Assembly: GCA_031394435.1 (NCBI GenBank)
Contig: JANNTQ010000081.1
Location: 186 to 64,185, forward strand
DNA from: Betaproteobacteria bacterium
GTDB lineage: Bacteria > Pseudomonadota > Gammaproteobacteria > Burkholderiales > SG8-39
Reading direction: 5' to 3'
Length of the DNA: 64,000 nucleotides
The translations under genes and the position numbers were made by a program. Positions 14,795-25,210 of this stretch are shown here, piece by piece. Below the pieces are notes generated by a model that saw nothing but the letters and a program-made list of their open reading frames with translations, did no database searches and was not told where the DNA came from. Position 1 is the stretch's first letter, and each line of letters begins with the position of its first letter.

Positions 14795-16312
14795 ATGGCG
14801 CGCCCGGACACTCTTGCCGCCGTCGACCTCGGCTCGAACAGCTTTCACCTGCAGATCGGCCGCGTGGTCGACGGCCAGATCTACCCCCTCGACTGGGTGC
14901 GCGAAGTGGTGCGCATCGGCGCCGGCCTCACCGCCGACAAGCGCATCGATCGCGCCACGCAGGCGCGCGCGCTCGAGGCGCTGCGCAAGTTCGGCGAGCG
15001 CCTGCGCGGCTTCCCGCGCCAGGCGGTGCGCGCGGTGGGCACCAACACCCTGCGCGTGGCGAAGAACGCGCCGCAGTTCCTGCGCGAAGCGCGCCAGGAG
15101 CTCGGCTTCCCGATCGAGGTGATCGCCGGCCGCGAGGAAGCGCGCCTGATCTACCTCGGCGTGGCTCACTCGATGCCGCCGGCGCAGCACCACCGGCTGG
15201 TGGTGGACATCGGCGGCGGCTCGACCGAGTTCATCGTCGGCGAGGGCCTGGAGCCGCAGCTCACCGAGTCGCTCTACATGGGCTGCGTGAGCTACAGCCT
15301 GAAATACTTTCCCGAGGGCAAAGTCGAGAAATCCGCGCTCAAGGCGGCGCAACTCGCCGCACGCCAGGAAGTCGCGGGCATCGCGCGCGCCTACCGCGCG
15401 GCAGGCTGGCAGGAGGCCGTGGCTTCCTCGGGCACCGCACGCTCGATCGAGAACATCCTGCGCGAGAACGGCTTTGCCGAGCAAGGCATCACGCGCGACG
15501 GATTGGAGCGGCTGAGGAGCCTGCTGGTCAAGCAGGAGCGCGCCGACCCCGAGCGCATCGCCGGGCTGCGGCCGAACCGCGCGCCGGTATTTCCGGGCGG
15601 CCTTGCCATCATGAGCGCGGTGTTCGACGAACTGGAACTGGAGGCGATGGCAGTTTCCGACGGCGCCCTGCGCCATGGCGTCCTCTACGACCTGCTCGGC
15701 CGCGTGCAGCACCGCGACATGCGCGCGGCAACGGTGACGCAGTTCGTACGCCGCTACCACGTGGAAGCGGCCCAGGCCGAACGTGTGCGGCGCCTCGCGC
15801 TGACCGTCTACGACGCCCTGGCGCCGGGCCGCGAGCGCGAGGACGACGCCGACCGCCTGCTGCTCGACTGGGCCGCGAGCCTCGCCGAGATCGGCCTGTC
15901 GATCGAGCATGCGCAGTACCACAAGCATTCCGCCTACGTGCTGCAGAACGCCGACATGCCCGGGTTCTCGCGCATGGAACAGCAGCGCTTGGCCAGGATC
16001 GTGCTGGCGCATCGCGGCAAGCTCGGCAAGATGCACGACGCGGGGCTGGAATCCGCCGACTGGCCGCTGGTGTTCGCGCTGCGGCTCGCCTCGCTCATCC
16101 TGCGCAGCCGTACCGAGGTCAAGCTGCCGCTGTTGCGCGTGGCGGGCGACACGGGAGGGTTCGAAATCGAGTTGGCGCAGTCCTGGCTCGACGACAATCC
16201 GCTGTCGGCGGCGGCCCTGGAGGACGAGGCGTGGCACTGGAAGTCGGTCGGCATGAAGCTGGCGGTGAGCGGGCTCTCGGACAAGAAGGTATCGGTGCTG
16301 AGCCGAGCGTAG
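14795..16312 (+). CDS. ppx: Exopolyphosphatase (Ppx/GppA family)
   Basis: 505 aa from MARPDTLAAVDLGSNSFHLQIGRV..; Ppx-GppA ASKHA fold plus a C-terminal HD-like domain. Confidence 0.92.
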   Translation: MARPDTLAAVDLGSNSFHLQIGRVVDGQIYPLDWVREVVRIGAGLTADKRIDRATQARALEALRKFGERLRGFPRQAVRAVGTNTLRVAKNAPQFLREARQELGFPIEVIAGREEARLIYLGVAHSMPPAQHHRLVVDIGGGSTEFIVGEGLEPQLTESLYMGCVSYSLKYFPEGKVEKSALKAAQLAARQEVAGIARAYRAAGWQEAVASSGTARSIENILRENGFAEQGITRDGLERLRSLLVKQERADPERIAGLRPNRAPVFPGGLAIMSAVFDELELEAMAVSDGALRHGVLYDLLGRVQHRDMRAATVTQFVRRYHVEAAQAERVRRLALTVYDALAPGREREDDADRLLLDWAASLAEIGLSIEHAQYHKHSAYVLQNADMPGFSRMEQQRLARIVLAHRGKLGKMHDAGLESADWPLVFALRLASLILRSRTEVKLPLLRVAGDTGGFEIELAQSWLDDNPLSAAALEDEAWHWKSVGMKLAVSGLSDKKVSVLSRA

Positions 16313-16329
16313 GGTGGGCCTGGGCCAGC

Positions 16330-16782
16330 CTACAGCAGGTCCGGCGTTACCACGGCGCGCACCACGACCTGGGCTTCGTCTTGCCTCACGCGATTGCTCA
16401 GCCACCATGCGCCGCCCTTCTTGATGCTCCAGCCGTTCGCGGCGCCGGATACCAACTGCGCCGCAGTCCGGCCGAGGTCCGGCTGATGCCCCACCACCAC
16501 CACGGCGTTCTTGCGATCCGGCCAGCCCGCAGCCTGCAGGATCTGCGCCACCGAGGCGCCAGGGGCAAGCCGCTCCGCAGTCTTGAAGGCGACGCCCAGC
16601 GCCTGGGCGGTCTCCTGCGCGCGGCGCGCGGGGCTGGCGAGCACGACGAATTTCGCGGGCAGGCGCTGCAGCAGCCACTGTGCCACGTGTGCGGCGTGCT
16701 TGTGGCCCCGCGGCGTAAGGCGGCGCTCGAGGTCGGGCGCGCCGTCCTCGGCTTCGGCGTGGCGCCAGAGAATCAGGTCCAT
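16330..16782 (-). CDS. sixA: Phosphohistidine phosphatase SixA-like (histidine phosphatase superfamily)
   Basis: 150 aa, MDLILWRHAEAE.. (RHxxA motif) and ..VVVGHQPDLG... Confidence 0.8.
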   Translation of the reverse strand: MDLILWRHAEAEDGAPDLERRLTPRGHKHAAHVAQWLLQRLPAKFVVLASPARRAQETAQALGVAFKTAERLAPGASVAQILQAAGWPDRKNAVVVVGHQPDLGRTAAQLVSGAANGWSIKKGGAWWLSNRVRQDEAQVVVRAVVTPDLL

Positions 16783-16859
16783 GTCGCTATGAACGTCATC
16801 GGCGGGATGTTGTTCCGTGGATGTGGCGCTTCAGTTAAGATTCCGCTCCTCGTTCCACC

Positions 16860-16936
16860 AGGCGCGTAGCTCAGCTGGTTAGAGCACTACCTTGACATGG
16901 TAGGGGTCGTTGGTTCGAGTCCAATCGCGCCTACCA
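16860..16936 (+). tRNA. tRNA-Val (anticodon GAC)
   Basis: Cloverleaf folded by hand: acceptor AGGCGCG/CGCGCCT, D arm GCTC/GAGC, anticodon arm CTACC-TTGACAT-GGTAG, T arm GTTGG-TTCGAGT-CCAAT, encoded CCA. Confidence 0.9.
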
Positions 16937-16941
16937 ACATC

Positions 16942-18843
16942 TTGCCAAACATTAAGCTCCCCGACGGCTCGGTGAAGAGCTTCCCGGGTCCGGTTACGGT
17001 CGCCGAGGTGGCGCAGTCCATCGGCGCCGGCCTGGCGCGCGCGGCGCTCGCCGGCAAGGTCAACGGCAAGCTCGTCGATATCAGTCACCGCATCGAGGGC
17101 GACGCCGACCTCGCCATCGTGACCGAGCGCGATGCCGAGGGACTCGAGATCCTGCGCCATTCCACGGCGCACCTGCTGGCGCATGCGGTGAAAGAGCTGT
17201 TTCCCGACGCCCAGGTGACCATCGGGCCGGTGATCGACAACGGCTTTTACTACGACTTCGCTTACCAGCGCCCGTTCACGCCCGACGACCTGGCCGCGAT
17301 CGAAAAGCGCATGGCCGAGATCGCGAAGAAGGATTACCCGGTGGCGCGCCGCGAGCTGCCACGCGACGAAGCAGTAAAGTTCTTCCGCGAGCAGGGCGAG
17401 GTGTACAAGGCCGAGATCATCGCTTCGATCGCTGCGGGCGAGAAGATTTCTCTCTACGGCCAGGGCAACTTCGTCGACCTGTGCCGCGGGCCGCACGTGC
17501 CATCCACGGGCAAGCTAAAGGTGTTCAAGCTGATGCGCGTGGCCGGCGCCTACTGGCGCGGCGACTCGAAGAACGAAATGCTCCAGCGCATTTACGGCAC
17601 GGCCTGGGCGAAGAAGGAGGACCAGGATGCGTACCTGAAGATGCTGGAGGAGGCCGAGAAAAGGGATCACCGGCGGCTCGGCACGCAACTCGACTTGTAT
17701 CACATGCAGGAGGAGGCGCCGGGACTGGTGTTCTGGCACCCGAAGGGCTGGACGCTGTGGCAGTGCGTCGAGCAGTACATGCGGCGCGTGTACCGCGAGC
17801 ACGGCTACCACGAGGTGCGCGGCCCGGAGATCCTCGACCAGAGGCTGTGGCAGCGTACCGGGCACTGGGAGAATTTCCGCGACAGCATGTTCACCACGGC
17901 CTCCGAGAACCGCGAATACTGCTTGAAGCCGATGAACTGCCCGGGGCACATCCTGATCTTCAACAAGGGCGTGCGCAGCTACCGCGAGCTGCCGCTGCGC
18001 TACGGCGAGTTTGGATCCTGCCACCGCAATGAGCCTTCCGGAGCGCTGCACGGCCTGATGCGCGTGCGCGGCTTCGTGCAGGACGACGGCCACATCTTCT
18101 GCACCGAGGACCAGATCCTCGCCGAGTGCGTCGCCTACACCGTGCTGCTGCAGAAGGTGTACGCCGACTTCGGGTTCAGCGACATTGTCTACAAGGTGGC
18201 GACACGGCCCGCGGCGCGCATCGGCGCGGACGAGGTCTGGGACAAGGCCGAGCAGGCGTTAATGGAGTCGCTGCGGCGCTCGGGCGTCGAGTTCCGGATT
18301 TCGCCGGGCGAAGGCGCTTTCTACGGCCCCAAGATCGAGTATTCGCTCAAGGACGCCCTCGGCCGCCTGTGGCAGTGCGGCACCATGCAGGTGGACTTCA
18401 GCATGCCGGGGCGCCTGGGCGCCGAATACGTCGCCGAGGACAACAGCCGCAGGACCCCGGTGATGCTGCACCGCGCGATCATCGGCTCGATGGAGCGCTT
18501 CATCGGCATCCTGATCGAGCATTACGGCGGTGCGTTTCCGCTCTGGCTGGCGCCGCATCAGGTCGTGGTGATGAACATCTCCGAGCACCAGGCGGCGTAT
18601 GCCCAAGCGGCGGCGGATGCCTTGCGCAAAGCTGGATTCCGCGCCTTCGAAGATTTGCGAAACGAGAAAATTTCCTATAAGATTCGGGAACATAGCTTGC
18701 AAAAGCTTCCCTACCAGTTGGTGGTGGGAGACAAGGAAAAGCAGGCTGGAACGGTGGCCGTGCGCACGCGCGGCGGTGAGGATCTCGGCGGCATGGCGCT
18801 GGATGCCTTCATCGCACGCCTCCGCAACGAGGCGAGCGCGTAA
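16942..18843 (+). CDS. thrS: Threonine--tRNA ligase
   Basis: The TTG at 16942 gives [12 protein letters not shown].., matching the canonical ThrRS N-terminus (TGS domain). The track ORF start at 16897 lies inside the tRNA. Confidence 0.93.
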   Translation: MPNIKLPDGSVKSFPGPVTVAEVAQSIGAGLARAALAGKVNGKLVDISHRIEGDADLAIVTERDAEGLEILRHSTAHLLAHAVKELFPDAQVTIGPVIDNGFYYDFAYQRPFTPDDLAAIEKRMAEIAKKDYPVARRELPRDEAVKFFREQGEVYKAEIIASIAAGEKISLYGQGNFVDLCRGPHVPSTGKLKVFKLMRVAGAYWRGDSKNEMLQRIYGTAWAKKEDQDAYLKMLEEAEKRDHRRLGTQLDLYHMQEEAPGLVFWHPKGWTLWQCVEQYMRRVYREHGYHEVRGPEILDQRLWQRTGHWENFRDSMFTTASENREYCLKPMNCPGHILIFNKGVRSYRELPLRYGEFGSCHRNEPSGALHGLMRVRGFVQDDGHIFCTEDQILAECVAYTVLLQKVYADFGFSDIVYKVATRPAARIGADEVWDKAEQALMESLRRSGVEFRISPGEGAFYGPKIEYSLKDALGRLWQCGTMQVDFSMPGRLGAEYVAEDNSRRTPVMLHRAIIGSMERFIGILIEHYGGAFPLWLAPHQVVVMNISEHQAAYAQAAADALRKAGFRAFEDLRNEKISYKIREHSLQKLPYQLVVGDKEKQAGTVAVRTRGGEDLGGMALDAFIARLRNEASA

Positions 18844-18886
18844 GCAGCACGGCCGGTTTTTTTGACGAGCAGAGGAGTTGTCACCC

Positions 18887-19507
18887 ATCGCACTCGAAAG
18901 ATCGCAGCGCATCAACGGGGAGATCACCGCACCACAGTTGCGGCTGGTCGGTGAGCAGGGAGAGCAGCTCGGCATCGTGGCCATCGCCGACGCGCTGCGC
19001 ATGGCGGAAGAGCAGAGCGTGGACCTGGTGGAGATCGCGCCGCTCGCTGTGCCGCCGGTGTGCAAGCTGATGGACTACGGCAAGTTCCGCTACCGCGAGC
19101 AGAAGAAAGCGCACGAGGCTAAGCTCAAGCAGAAGCAGATCCAGGTCAAGGAGATCAAGTTCCGACCCGGTACCGACGATGGCGATTACAAGATCAAGCT
19201 TGGCAAGCTGATCCAGTTCCTGGAGGAAGGCGACAAGGCGAAGGTGACGCTGCGCTTCCGCGGCCGCGAGATGGCGCATCAGGAGTTCGGTGTTCGGCTG
19301 CTGGAACGCGTGAAAGCGGATCTGCAGGCCGTTGGGCTGGTGGAGCAGTTTCCCAAGCTGGAGGGCCGGCAGATGGTGATGGTGCTGGCGCCGAAGAAGA
19401 AGGCTCCGCCGCCCAAGGCCAGGCCCAAGGCCGCGAAGGAAGCAAAAGAGCCGCAGGAACCGAAGGCCAAGAAGGAAACAGCAGCAAAACCCGCCGCCGC
19501 GACCTAG
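18887..19507 (+). CDS. infC: Translation initiation factor IF-3 (probable non-canonical ATC start)
   Basis: ..[24 protein letters not shown].. is IF3. GAGGAG (18872-18877) lies 9 nt before ATC 18887 but directly abuts the TTG at 18878. The C-terminus has a ~40-aa Lys/Pro/Ala-rich tail. Confidence 0.85.
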   Translation: MALERSQRINGEITAPQLRLVGEQGEQLGIVAIADALRMAEEQSVDLVEIAPLAVPPVCKLMDYGKFRYREQKKAHEAKLKQKQIQVKEIKFRPGTDDGDYKIKLGKLIQFLEEGDKAKVTLRFRGREMAHQEFGVRLLERVKADLQAVGLVEQFPKLEGRQMVMVLAPKKKAPPPKARPKAAKEAKEPQEPKAKKETAAKPAAAT

Positions 19508-19597
19508 CAGTCGCAGCGCGCACAAGTGATGGCCGCGGCTTCAAGCGCCCGCAAGGCGGGCCGCCCGGCGTCAAGCTAAAAAAGAAGGAGCCGTGCC

Positions 19598-19798
19598 GTG
19601 CCAAAAATGAAGACCAAGAAGTCCGCCGCCAAGCGCTTCAAGATCCGCTCCTCCGGCAGCATCAAGCGCTCGCAGGCCTACATGCGTCACATCCTCACCA
19701 AGAAGTCCACCAAGAGGAAGCGCCACCTGCGCGGCACCACCGAAGTGCACGCCACCAACAAACGGGCAGTGCGCGCCATGCTGCCGTACTCCTCCTAA
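19598..19798 (+). CDS. rpmI: 50S ribosomal protein L35
   Basis: [15 protein letters not shown]..; GTG start with AAGGAG upstream. Confidence 0.95.
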   Translation: MPKMKTKKSAAKRFKIRSSGSIKRSQAYMRHILTKKSTKRKRHLRGTTEVHATNKRAVRAMLPYSS

Positions 19799-19807
19799 GG
19801 GGGCGCC

Positions 19808-20167
19808 ATGCCAAGAGTCAAACGCGGAGTCACGGCGCGCGCGCGCCACAAGAAGGTCCTGAAGCAGGCCAAGGGCTTCCGCGGCCGCCGCGGCAACGTC
19901 TATCGAATCGCCAAGGAAGCGGTGATGAAAGCGGGGCAGTATGCCTACCGCGACCGCCGCAACCGCAAGCGCACCTTCCGCGCGCTGTGGATCGCACGCA
20001 TCAACGCCGCCGTGCGCGAGTTGGGAATGAGCTATTCCACGTTCATGGCTGGCCTGAAGCGCGCCAACATCGAGATCGACCGCAAGGTGCTCGCCGATCT
20101 GGCGGTGCTGGACAAGCCTGCGTTCGCCAAGATCGCCAGCCAGGTCAAGGCCAGCCTCGCCCACTGA
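19808..20167 (+). CDS. rplT: 50S ribosomal protein L20
   Basis: [26 protein letters not shown]... Confidence 0.97.
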   Translation: MPRVKRGVTARARHKKVLKQAKGFRGRRGNVYRIAKEAVMKAGQYAYRDRRNRKRTFRALWIARINAAVRELGMSYSTFMAGLKRANIEIDRKVLADLAVLDKPAFAKIASQVKASLAH

Positions 20168-20189
20168 CCCCGTTGCCGGAAGCACGGGG

Positions 20190-21206
20190 ATGCAAGACAT
20201 CGACAGTATCGTCGAGCGCGCACTGGCGGAATTCCGCGGTGCCGCCGACCCGGCTGCGCTCGAGAACTGCAAGGCGCGCTATCTCGGCAAAAACGGCGAG
20301 CTGACCGCGCTGCTCAGGACTTTGGGCGCGCTGGCGCCCGAGGAGCGCAAGCAGCACGGCGCGCGCATCAATACCGGCAAGGCGCGCATCGAGCAGGCGC
20401 TGGAGGCGCGCCGCGCCGATTTGGCCGGCGCCAGGCTGCAGCAGCGCCTGGCGGGGGATGCGCTCGACGTGACGCTGCCGGCGCGCGGCCGCAGCCGCGG
20501 CGGCATCCACCCGATCGTGCGCACCTGGCAGAGGATCGAGGCCATCTTCGGCTCGATCGGCTTCGAGGTCGCCGATGGTCCGGAAATCGAGACCGACTGG
20601 TACAACTTCACTGCGCTGAACAACCCGGAGAACCACCCGGCGCGCTCGATGCAGGACACTTTCTATGTGGACCTGAAGGACGCGCAAGGTCTGCCGCTGC
20701 TGCTGCGTACGCACACCAGCCCGATGCAGGTGCGTTACGCGCGCTTGCACCAACCGCCGATCAAGGTGATCGCGCCGGGTCGCACCTACCGCGTGGATTC
20801 CGACGCGACGCACTCGCCGATGTTTCACCAGGTCGAGGGTTTGTGGATCGACGAGCACATCAGCTTCGCCGACCTGAAGGGCGTGTACACGGACTTCCTG
20901 CGCCGTTTCTTCGAATCCGACGCACTCGAGGTTCGCTTCCGGCCGTCGTACTTCCCGTTCACCGAGCCCTCGGCGGAGATCGACCTGCAGTTCGCCTCCG
21001 GACCGCTGAAAGGGCGCTGGTTGGAACTCTCCGGCGCAGGCCAGGTGCACCCGCAGGTGGTGCGCAATTTCGGGCTCGACCCGGAGCGCTACCTCGGCTT
21101 TGCCTTCGGCTCCGGGCTCGAGCGCCTGACCATGCTGCGCTATGGCATCGACGACCTGCGCCTGTTCTTCGACGGCGACCTGCGCTTCCTGCGCCAGTTC
21201 TCATGA
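20190..21206 (+). CDS. pheS: Phenylalanine--tRNA ligase alpha subunit
   Basis: 338 aa, ..[11 protein letters not shown].., ..[14 protein letters not shown]... Confidence 0.96.
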   Translation: MQDIDSIVERALAEFRGAADPAALENCKARYLGKNGELTALLRTLGALAPEERKQHGARINTGKARIEQALEARRADLAGARLQQRLAGDALDVTLPARGRSRGGIHPIVRTWQRIEAIFGSIGFEVADGPEIETDWYNFTALNNPENHPARSMQDTFYVDLKDAQGLPLLLRTHTSPMQVRYARLHQPPIKVIAPGRTYRVDSDATHSPMFHQVEGLWIDEHISFADLKGVYTDFLRRFFESDALEVRFRPSYFPFTEPSAEIDLQFASGPLKGRWLELSGAGQVHPQVVRNFGLDPERYLGFAFGSGLERLTMLRYGIDDLRLFFDGDLRFLRQFS

Positions 21207-23584
21207 ATATCCCCGAGAACTGGCTGCGCAGTTATTGCGATCCTTCGCTGAAGACGGAAAAGCTCGCGTATCTGCTGACCATGTCGGGCCTGGAAGTCGA
21301 GGCCTGCATGCCGGTGGCGCCGCCGTTCAGCGGGGTGGTGGTAGGCGAGATCCTCGCCGTCGAGCGCCACCCGAACGCCGACAAGCTGACCGTCTGTACG
21401 GTGAACGCCGGCAAGGAAAAGCTGCAAGTGGTGTGCGGTGCGCCCAATGTTCGCGCCGGCATGAAGGCGCCGCTGGCCCTGGTGGGCACGAAGCTGGGGG
21501 GCGTCGAGATCAGGGCGGCCGCACTGCGCGGCGTCGACAGCAGGGGCATGCTCTGCTCGGCGAAGGAGCTCGGATTGTCCGACGACCACTCCGGCCTGCT
21601 CGAGCTGCCTGCTGCGGCGAAGCCCGGGCAGGACTTGCGCAAGGCACTCGATCTGGACGAGCAAGTCCTGACTTTCAAGCTGACGCCCAACCGTGCCGAC
21701 TGCCTGTCGGTGCTCGGCATTGCGCGCGAAGTGTCGGCGCTGACGGGTGCGAAGCTGAAGGTGCCCGCGATCAAGCCGGTGCCGGCGATGAGCAAGGCAA
21801 AGCACCCGTTCAGGATTACTCATGCGGAAGGCTGCGGCCGATTCGCCGGGCGCGTGATCCGCGATGTGAATGCCGGCGCGCCGACCCCATCATGGATGCG
21901 CCAGCGCCTGGAGCGCGCCGGCCAGCGCTCGATCGCGGCGCTGGTGGACGTCACCAACTACGTCATGCTGGAGCTCGGCCGGCCGCTGCACGTCTACGAT
22001 CAGGACAAGCTCAAGGGCGCCATCGACGTGCGCTGGGGCCGCAAGGGCGAAAAGGTCCTGCTGCTCAATGGTCAGGAGGTGGAGGTCGATGCGTCCGTGC
22101 TGTGCATCACCGACGACTCGGGCCCGATCGGACTCGGCGGCATCATGGGCGGGGAGTCGACCAAGGCCGAGACGACGACGCGCAACCTGTTCCTCGAGTC
22201 GGCGTTTTTTTACCCCGACGCTGTCGCCGGGCGCGCCCGGCGCTACAACTTCGCGAGCGACGCCTCGCACCGCTTCGAACGCGGCGTCGATTTCGGCAAC
22301 AACGTCGACGGCATCGAGCGCGCGACGCGGCTGATCCTGGAAATCTGCGGCGGTAAGCCCGGCCCCACGGTGGACCTGGTGGCGCGCCTGCCGAAGAGAA
22401 AGCCGGTACGCATGCGCACTTCGCGCGCGCAAAAGGTACTCGGCATCCCGCTCAAGGACCAAGAGATCGGCCGCGTGTTCAAGCGCCTGGGCCTTGCCTT
22501 CAAGCATCAGCCTGGCAGCTTTACGGTCGCGCCTCCATCCCACCGCTTCGACCTCCAGATCGAAGAAGACCTGATCGAGGAGGTGGCACGAGTGCATGGC
22601 TTCGAGCGCATCCCGGCACTGCCGCCGCGCGCGCCGGCGGCGATGGTCGCGCCGGCGGAGACGCGGCGCTCGCTGCACGCATTGCGCGAGCGCCTGGCGG
22701 GCTGCGACTATCAGGAGGTGATCACCTTCAGCTTCGTCGAGCCGCAGTGCGAAGCGGACCTCGCGGGCGAGGCGAACCCGATCCGCTTGCTCAACCCGAT
22801 CGCCAGCTCGCTGTCGGTGATGCGCACCACTTTGCTCGGCGGCCTGCTGGCGAACGTGCGCTACAACGCCGCGCGCAAGCTTTCCCGCATTCGCGTATTC
22901 GAAGTCGGTCGCGTGTTCCTGCGCGACGCGACGCTCAAGGATGGTCCGCTGGAAGTGGCCGGGCTGCGCCAGCCCATGCGCATCGCGGCCGTGGCCTGTG
23001 GCCCGGCCTGCGAAGAGCAATGGGGCATCGCCACGCGGCCGGTGGATCTGTACGACCTCAAGGCCGACCTCGAAGCGCTGGTTTTCCCCCGCGCGGCACG
23101 CTTCGAAGCCGCTCCGCACCCGGCATTGCATCCGGGGCGGTCGGCACGCGTTCGCGTGGAGGGCAGGGAAGTCGGTTGGATCGGCGAATTGCATCCGCAA
23201 TGGCAGCAGAAATATGAACTGAGTCAAGCACTTGTGTGTTTTGAGGTCGACGCCGCCGTGCTGCAGGAGATTCCCCTGCCACAGGCGTCCGTGCCCTCCA
23301 GGTTTCCGCCCGTGACCCGCGATATTGCGCTGCTAGTCAATGCCGACGTCGCTGTACAGGCGTTACTGGATGCCATCGCCGAAGAAAAACCGGCCATCGT
23401 GCGTGAGGTCCGGCTGTTCGACTTGTACCAGGGTCCGAACCTCCCCGCTGGCAGAAAAAGCCTTGCGTTCCGGGTAGTTATGCAAGATACTGAACGAACC
23501 CTCACGGATGCGGAGGCCGACGCGGCGCGCGAAGCGCTGGTCGCGCTGTGGGGTCGTCGTTTCGCTACGACACTTCGGACATAA
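21203..23584 (+). CDS. pheT: Phenylalanine--tRNA ligase beta subunit
   Basis: 793 aa from [14 protein letters not shown]..; the ATGA overlaps the pheS stop. Confidence 0.95.
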   Translation: MNIPENWLRSYCDPSLKTEKLAYLLTMSGLEVEACMPVAPPFSGVVVGEILAVERHPNADKLTVCTVNAGKEKLQVVCGAPNVRAGMKAPLALVGTKLGGVEIRAAALRGVDSRGMLCSAKELGLSDDHSGLLELPAAAKPGQDLRKALDLDEQVLTFKLTPNRADCLSVLGIAREVSALTGAKLKVPAIKPVPAMSKAKHPFRITHAEGCGRFAGRVIRDVNAGAPTPSWMRQRLERAGQRSIAALVDVTNYVMLELGRPLHVYDQDKLKGAIDVRWGRKGEKVLLLNGQEVEVDASVLCITDDSGPIGLGGIMGGESTKAETTTRNLFLESAFFYPDAVAGRARRYNFASDASHRFERGVDFGNNVDGIERATRLILEICGGKPGPTVDLVARLPKRKPVRMRTSRAQKVLGIPLKDQEIGRVFKRLGLAFKHQPGSFTVAPPSHRFDLQIEEDLIEEVARVHGFERIPALPPRAPAAMVAPAETRRSLHALRERLAGCDYQEVITFSFVEPQCEADLAGEANPIRLLNPIASSLSVMRTTLLGGLLANVRYNAARKLSRIRVFEVGRVFLRDATLKDGPLEVAGLRQPMRIAAVACGPACEEQWGIATRPVDLYDLKADLEALVFPRAARFEAAPHPALHPGRSARVRVEGREVGWIGELHPQWQQKYELSQALVCFEVDAAVLQEIPLPQASVPSRFPPVTRDIALLVNADVAVQALLDAIAEEKPAIVREVRLFDLYQGPNLPAGRKSLAFRVVMQDTERTLTDAEADAAREALVALWGRRFATTLRT

Positions 23585-23606
23585 ATAAAGAAATCAGGGA
23601 GTTGTG

Positions 23607-23924
23607 ATGACTTTGACCAAGGCCGAACTGGCCGATCTGCTATTCGAGAAGGTCGGTCTGAACAAGCGCGAGGCCAAGGACATGGTGGAGGCGTTCTTCG
23701 AGGAGATCCGCGGGGCCCTCGAACGGGGCGAGAGCGTCAAGCTCTCCGGCTTTGGCAACTTCCAGTTGCGCGACAAGCCGCAGCGGCCCGGCCGCAATCC
23801 GAAGACTGGCGAAGAGATCCCGATCAGTGCCCGCCGCGTAGTCACCTTTCACGCCAGCCAGAAGCTGAAGGCGATGGTGGAAAAGGCGCGCCATGGAAAG
23901 CCGCAACCCCAGCAAGAAAGCTGA
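23607..23924 (+). CDS. ihfA: Integration host factor alpha subunit
   Basis: [58 protein letters not shown]... Confidence 0.95.
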   Translation: MTLTKAELADLLFEKVGLNKREAKDMVEAFFEEIRGALERGESVKLSGFGNFQLRDKPQRPGRNPKTGEEIPISARRVVTFHASQKLKAMVEKARHGKPQPQQES

Positions 23925-24279
23925 GCTGCCGCCGATCCCGGCGAAGCGCTACTTCACCATCGGTGAAGTGAGCGAGCTGTGTGGCGTCAAGCCGCACGTG
24001 CTGCGCTACTGGGAGCAGGAATTCACGCAGTTGAAGCCCGTCAAGCGCCGCGGCAACCGGCGCTACTACCAGCACCACGAGGTGCTGCTGATCCGGCGCA
24101 TCCGCGAGTTGCTATACGAGGATGGCTTCACCATCAGCGGCGCGCGCAACCGGCTCGACAACGCGATGTCCGACGAGCGGGCGGAGGCGACGGGCCGTAG
24201 CGAGCGCGCCATCGCCGGCGCCGACCTTTCCGCGATCAAGAGAGAGCTACGCGCGCTGCTGGACACCCTGCGCGCCTGA
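23893..24279 (+). CDS. MerR-family transcriptional regulator (the conserved ihfA-linked type)
   Basis: ..[29 protein letters not shown].. HTH; overlaps the ihfA 3' end by 32 nt. Confidence 0.85.
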   Translation: MESRNPSKKAELPPIPAKRYFTIGEVSELCGVKPHVLRYWEQEFTQLKPVKRRGNRRYYQHHEVLLIRRIRELLYEDGFTISGARNRLDNAMSDERAEATGRSERAIAGADLSAIKRELRALLDTLRA

Positions 24280-24294
24280 TAAGATTCGCTTCTT

Positions 24295-24371
24295 CGGGGC
24301 GTAGCGCAGCCTGGTAGCGTACCTGCATGGGGTGCAGGTGGTCGCGAGTTCGAATCTCGCCGCCCCGACCA
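24295..24371 (+). tRNA. tRNA-Pro (anticodon GGG)
   Basis: Acceptor CGGGGCG/CGCCCCG, anticodon arm CCTGC-ATGGGGT-GCAGG, T arm GCGAG-TTCGAAT-CTCGC, encoded CCA. Confidence 0.9.
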
Positions 24372-24398
24372 GTACTTTTCCGCGCGCCGGCGCTCGGC

Positions 24399-24593
24399 TT
24401 ACCTGCGCCCGCCGTGCTTCCTCATCCAGAGCGCTGCCAGGGCAATCAGTCCCACCAGCGGCGCCTTTGACGGCGCAGGCGGAATTCGGTCCGCGCCAGG
24501 CTGGCGACCGCGGATAGCTTCGTTGATCTCGCTGAGGCCTCCGGGCATTGCTTCGGCGCCGAAGGCGGCGAGTTCGTTGTCGCGATTGACCAT
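24399..24593 (-). CDS. Hypothetical 64-aa tail-anchored protein
   Basis: High-GC3 ORF MVNRDNELAAF..IPPAPSKAPLVGLIALAALWMRKHGGRR. It has a single C-terminal TM followed by a basic cluster and no N-terminal signal peptide. Confidence 0.35.
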   Translation of the reverse strand: MVNRDNELAAFGAEAMPGGLSEINEAIRGRQPGADRIPPAPSKAPLVGLIALAALWMRKHGGRR

Positions 24594-24618
24594 GGCATCA
24601 GTCCGGCGTCGAGTCAGG

Positions 24619-25065
24619 TCAGGCAAGGTGGCCCGAGCCGCGGTGCGCGCTTGACCCGGGCGGGAGCTCGGTGTGCGAAGACAGCTGCGGCGCGCCCGCC
24701 GGGACGATTTCCGACTCGAGTTCCGCGAGCTTCGCGCAGGCGAGAAAGAAGAACAGGTCCAACTCGACAAGCTCGGGCGTCAGCAGCACGCCGGCGCCCC
24801 TCAGCGCCTCGCATTGGCTAACCACCGCGTCACGCATCCGGCGCACGTCCGTGGCCCGGTACACCACTGTCGGCTTCTGGTCCTGGTCGAACGGCGCCCA
24901 GCCTGCGTCGACTCTCTGCACGCTGGCCACGCGCTCCACGGGCCAGGCTGCAAGGTAGTCACGCACCGCCGCTACGACATCGGGCGCTTCCCGGGCCCCC
25001 GCCAGCAGGCATACAAATCGATCCATTCCGCTCGCAGAACCGAGAATGTATTCGGCAGTCCCCAT
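24619..25065 (-). CDS. Hypothetical protein (148 aa)
   Basis: ATG at 25065 preceded by GGGGAGGA. The upstream part of the 306-aa track ORF is antisense to the SDR gene. No family recognised. Confidence 0.45.
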   Translation of the reverse strand: MGTAEYILGSASGMDRFVCLLAGAREAPDVVAAVRDYLAAWPVERVASVQRVDAGWAPFDQDQKPTVVYRATDVRRMRDAVVSQCEALRGAGVLLTPELVELDLFFFLACAKLAELESEIVPAGAPQLSSHTELPPGSSAHRGSGHLA

Positions 25066-25210
25066 TGCATCCTCCCCGTGTGCGTTGCATGGCCTGCGAA
25101 AACATTCAACTCCAGAATTGGGGCGCCTGGTGTAAACGTGTGCAAGGCAGGCGGGGCGCAAAATTCTGTTAGAGTTTTCAGCATCCAAGCGACATGACGA
25201 TCCAGCACGC

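Noticed and set aside
25110-25135. sigma54-type promoter (TGG..GC) upstream of the SDR gene, given the sigma54 regulator in the window.
   Set aside because: The GG-to-GC spacing in CTGGTGTAAACGTGTGCA is 13 rather than 12, and the flanking bases do not match TGGCAC-N5-TTGC.
24295-25210. Possible genomic island integrated at tRNA-Pro(GGG).
   Set aside because: No integrase and no direct repeat of the tRNA 3' end were found downstream by eye. Only two small orphan ORFs are present, so it is reported as a low-interest observation instead.
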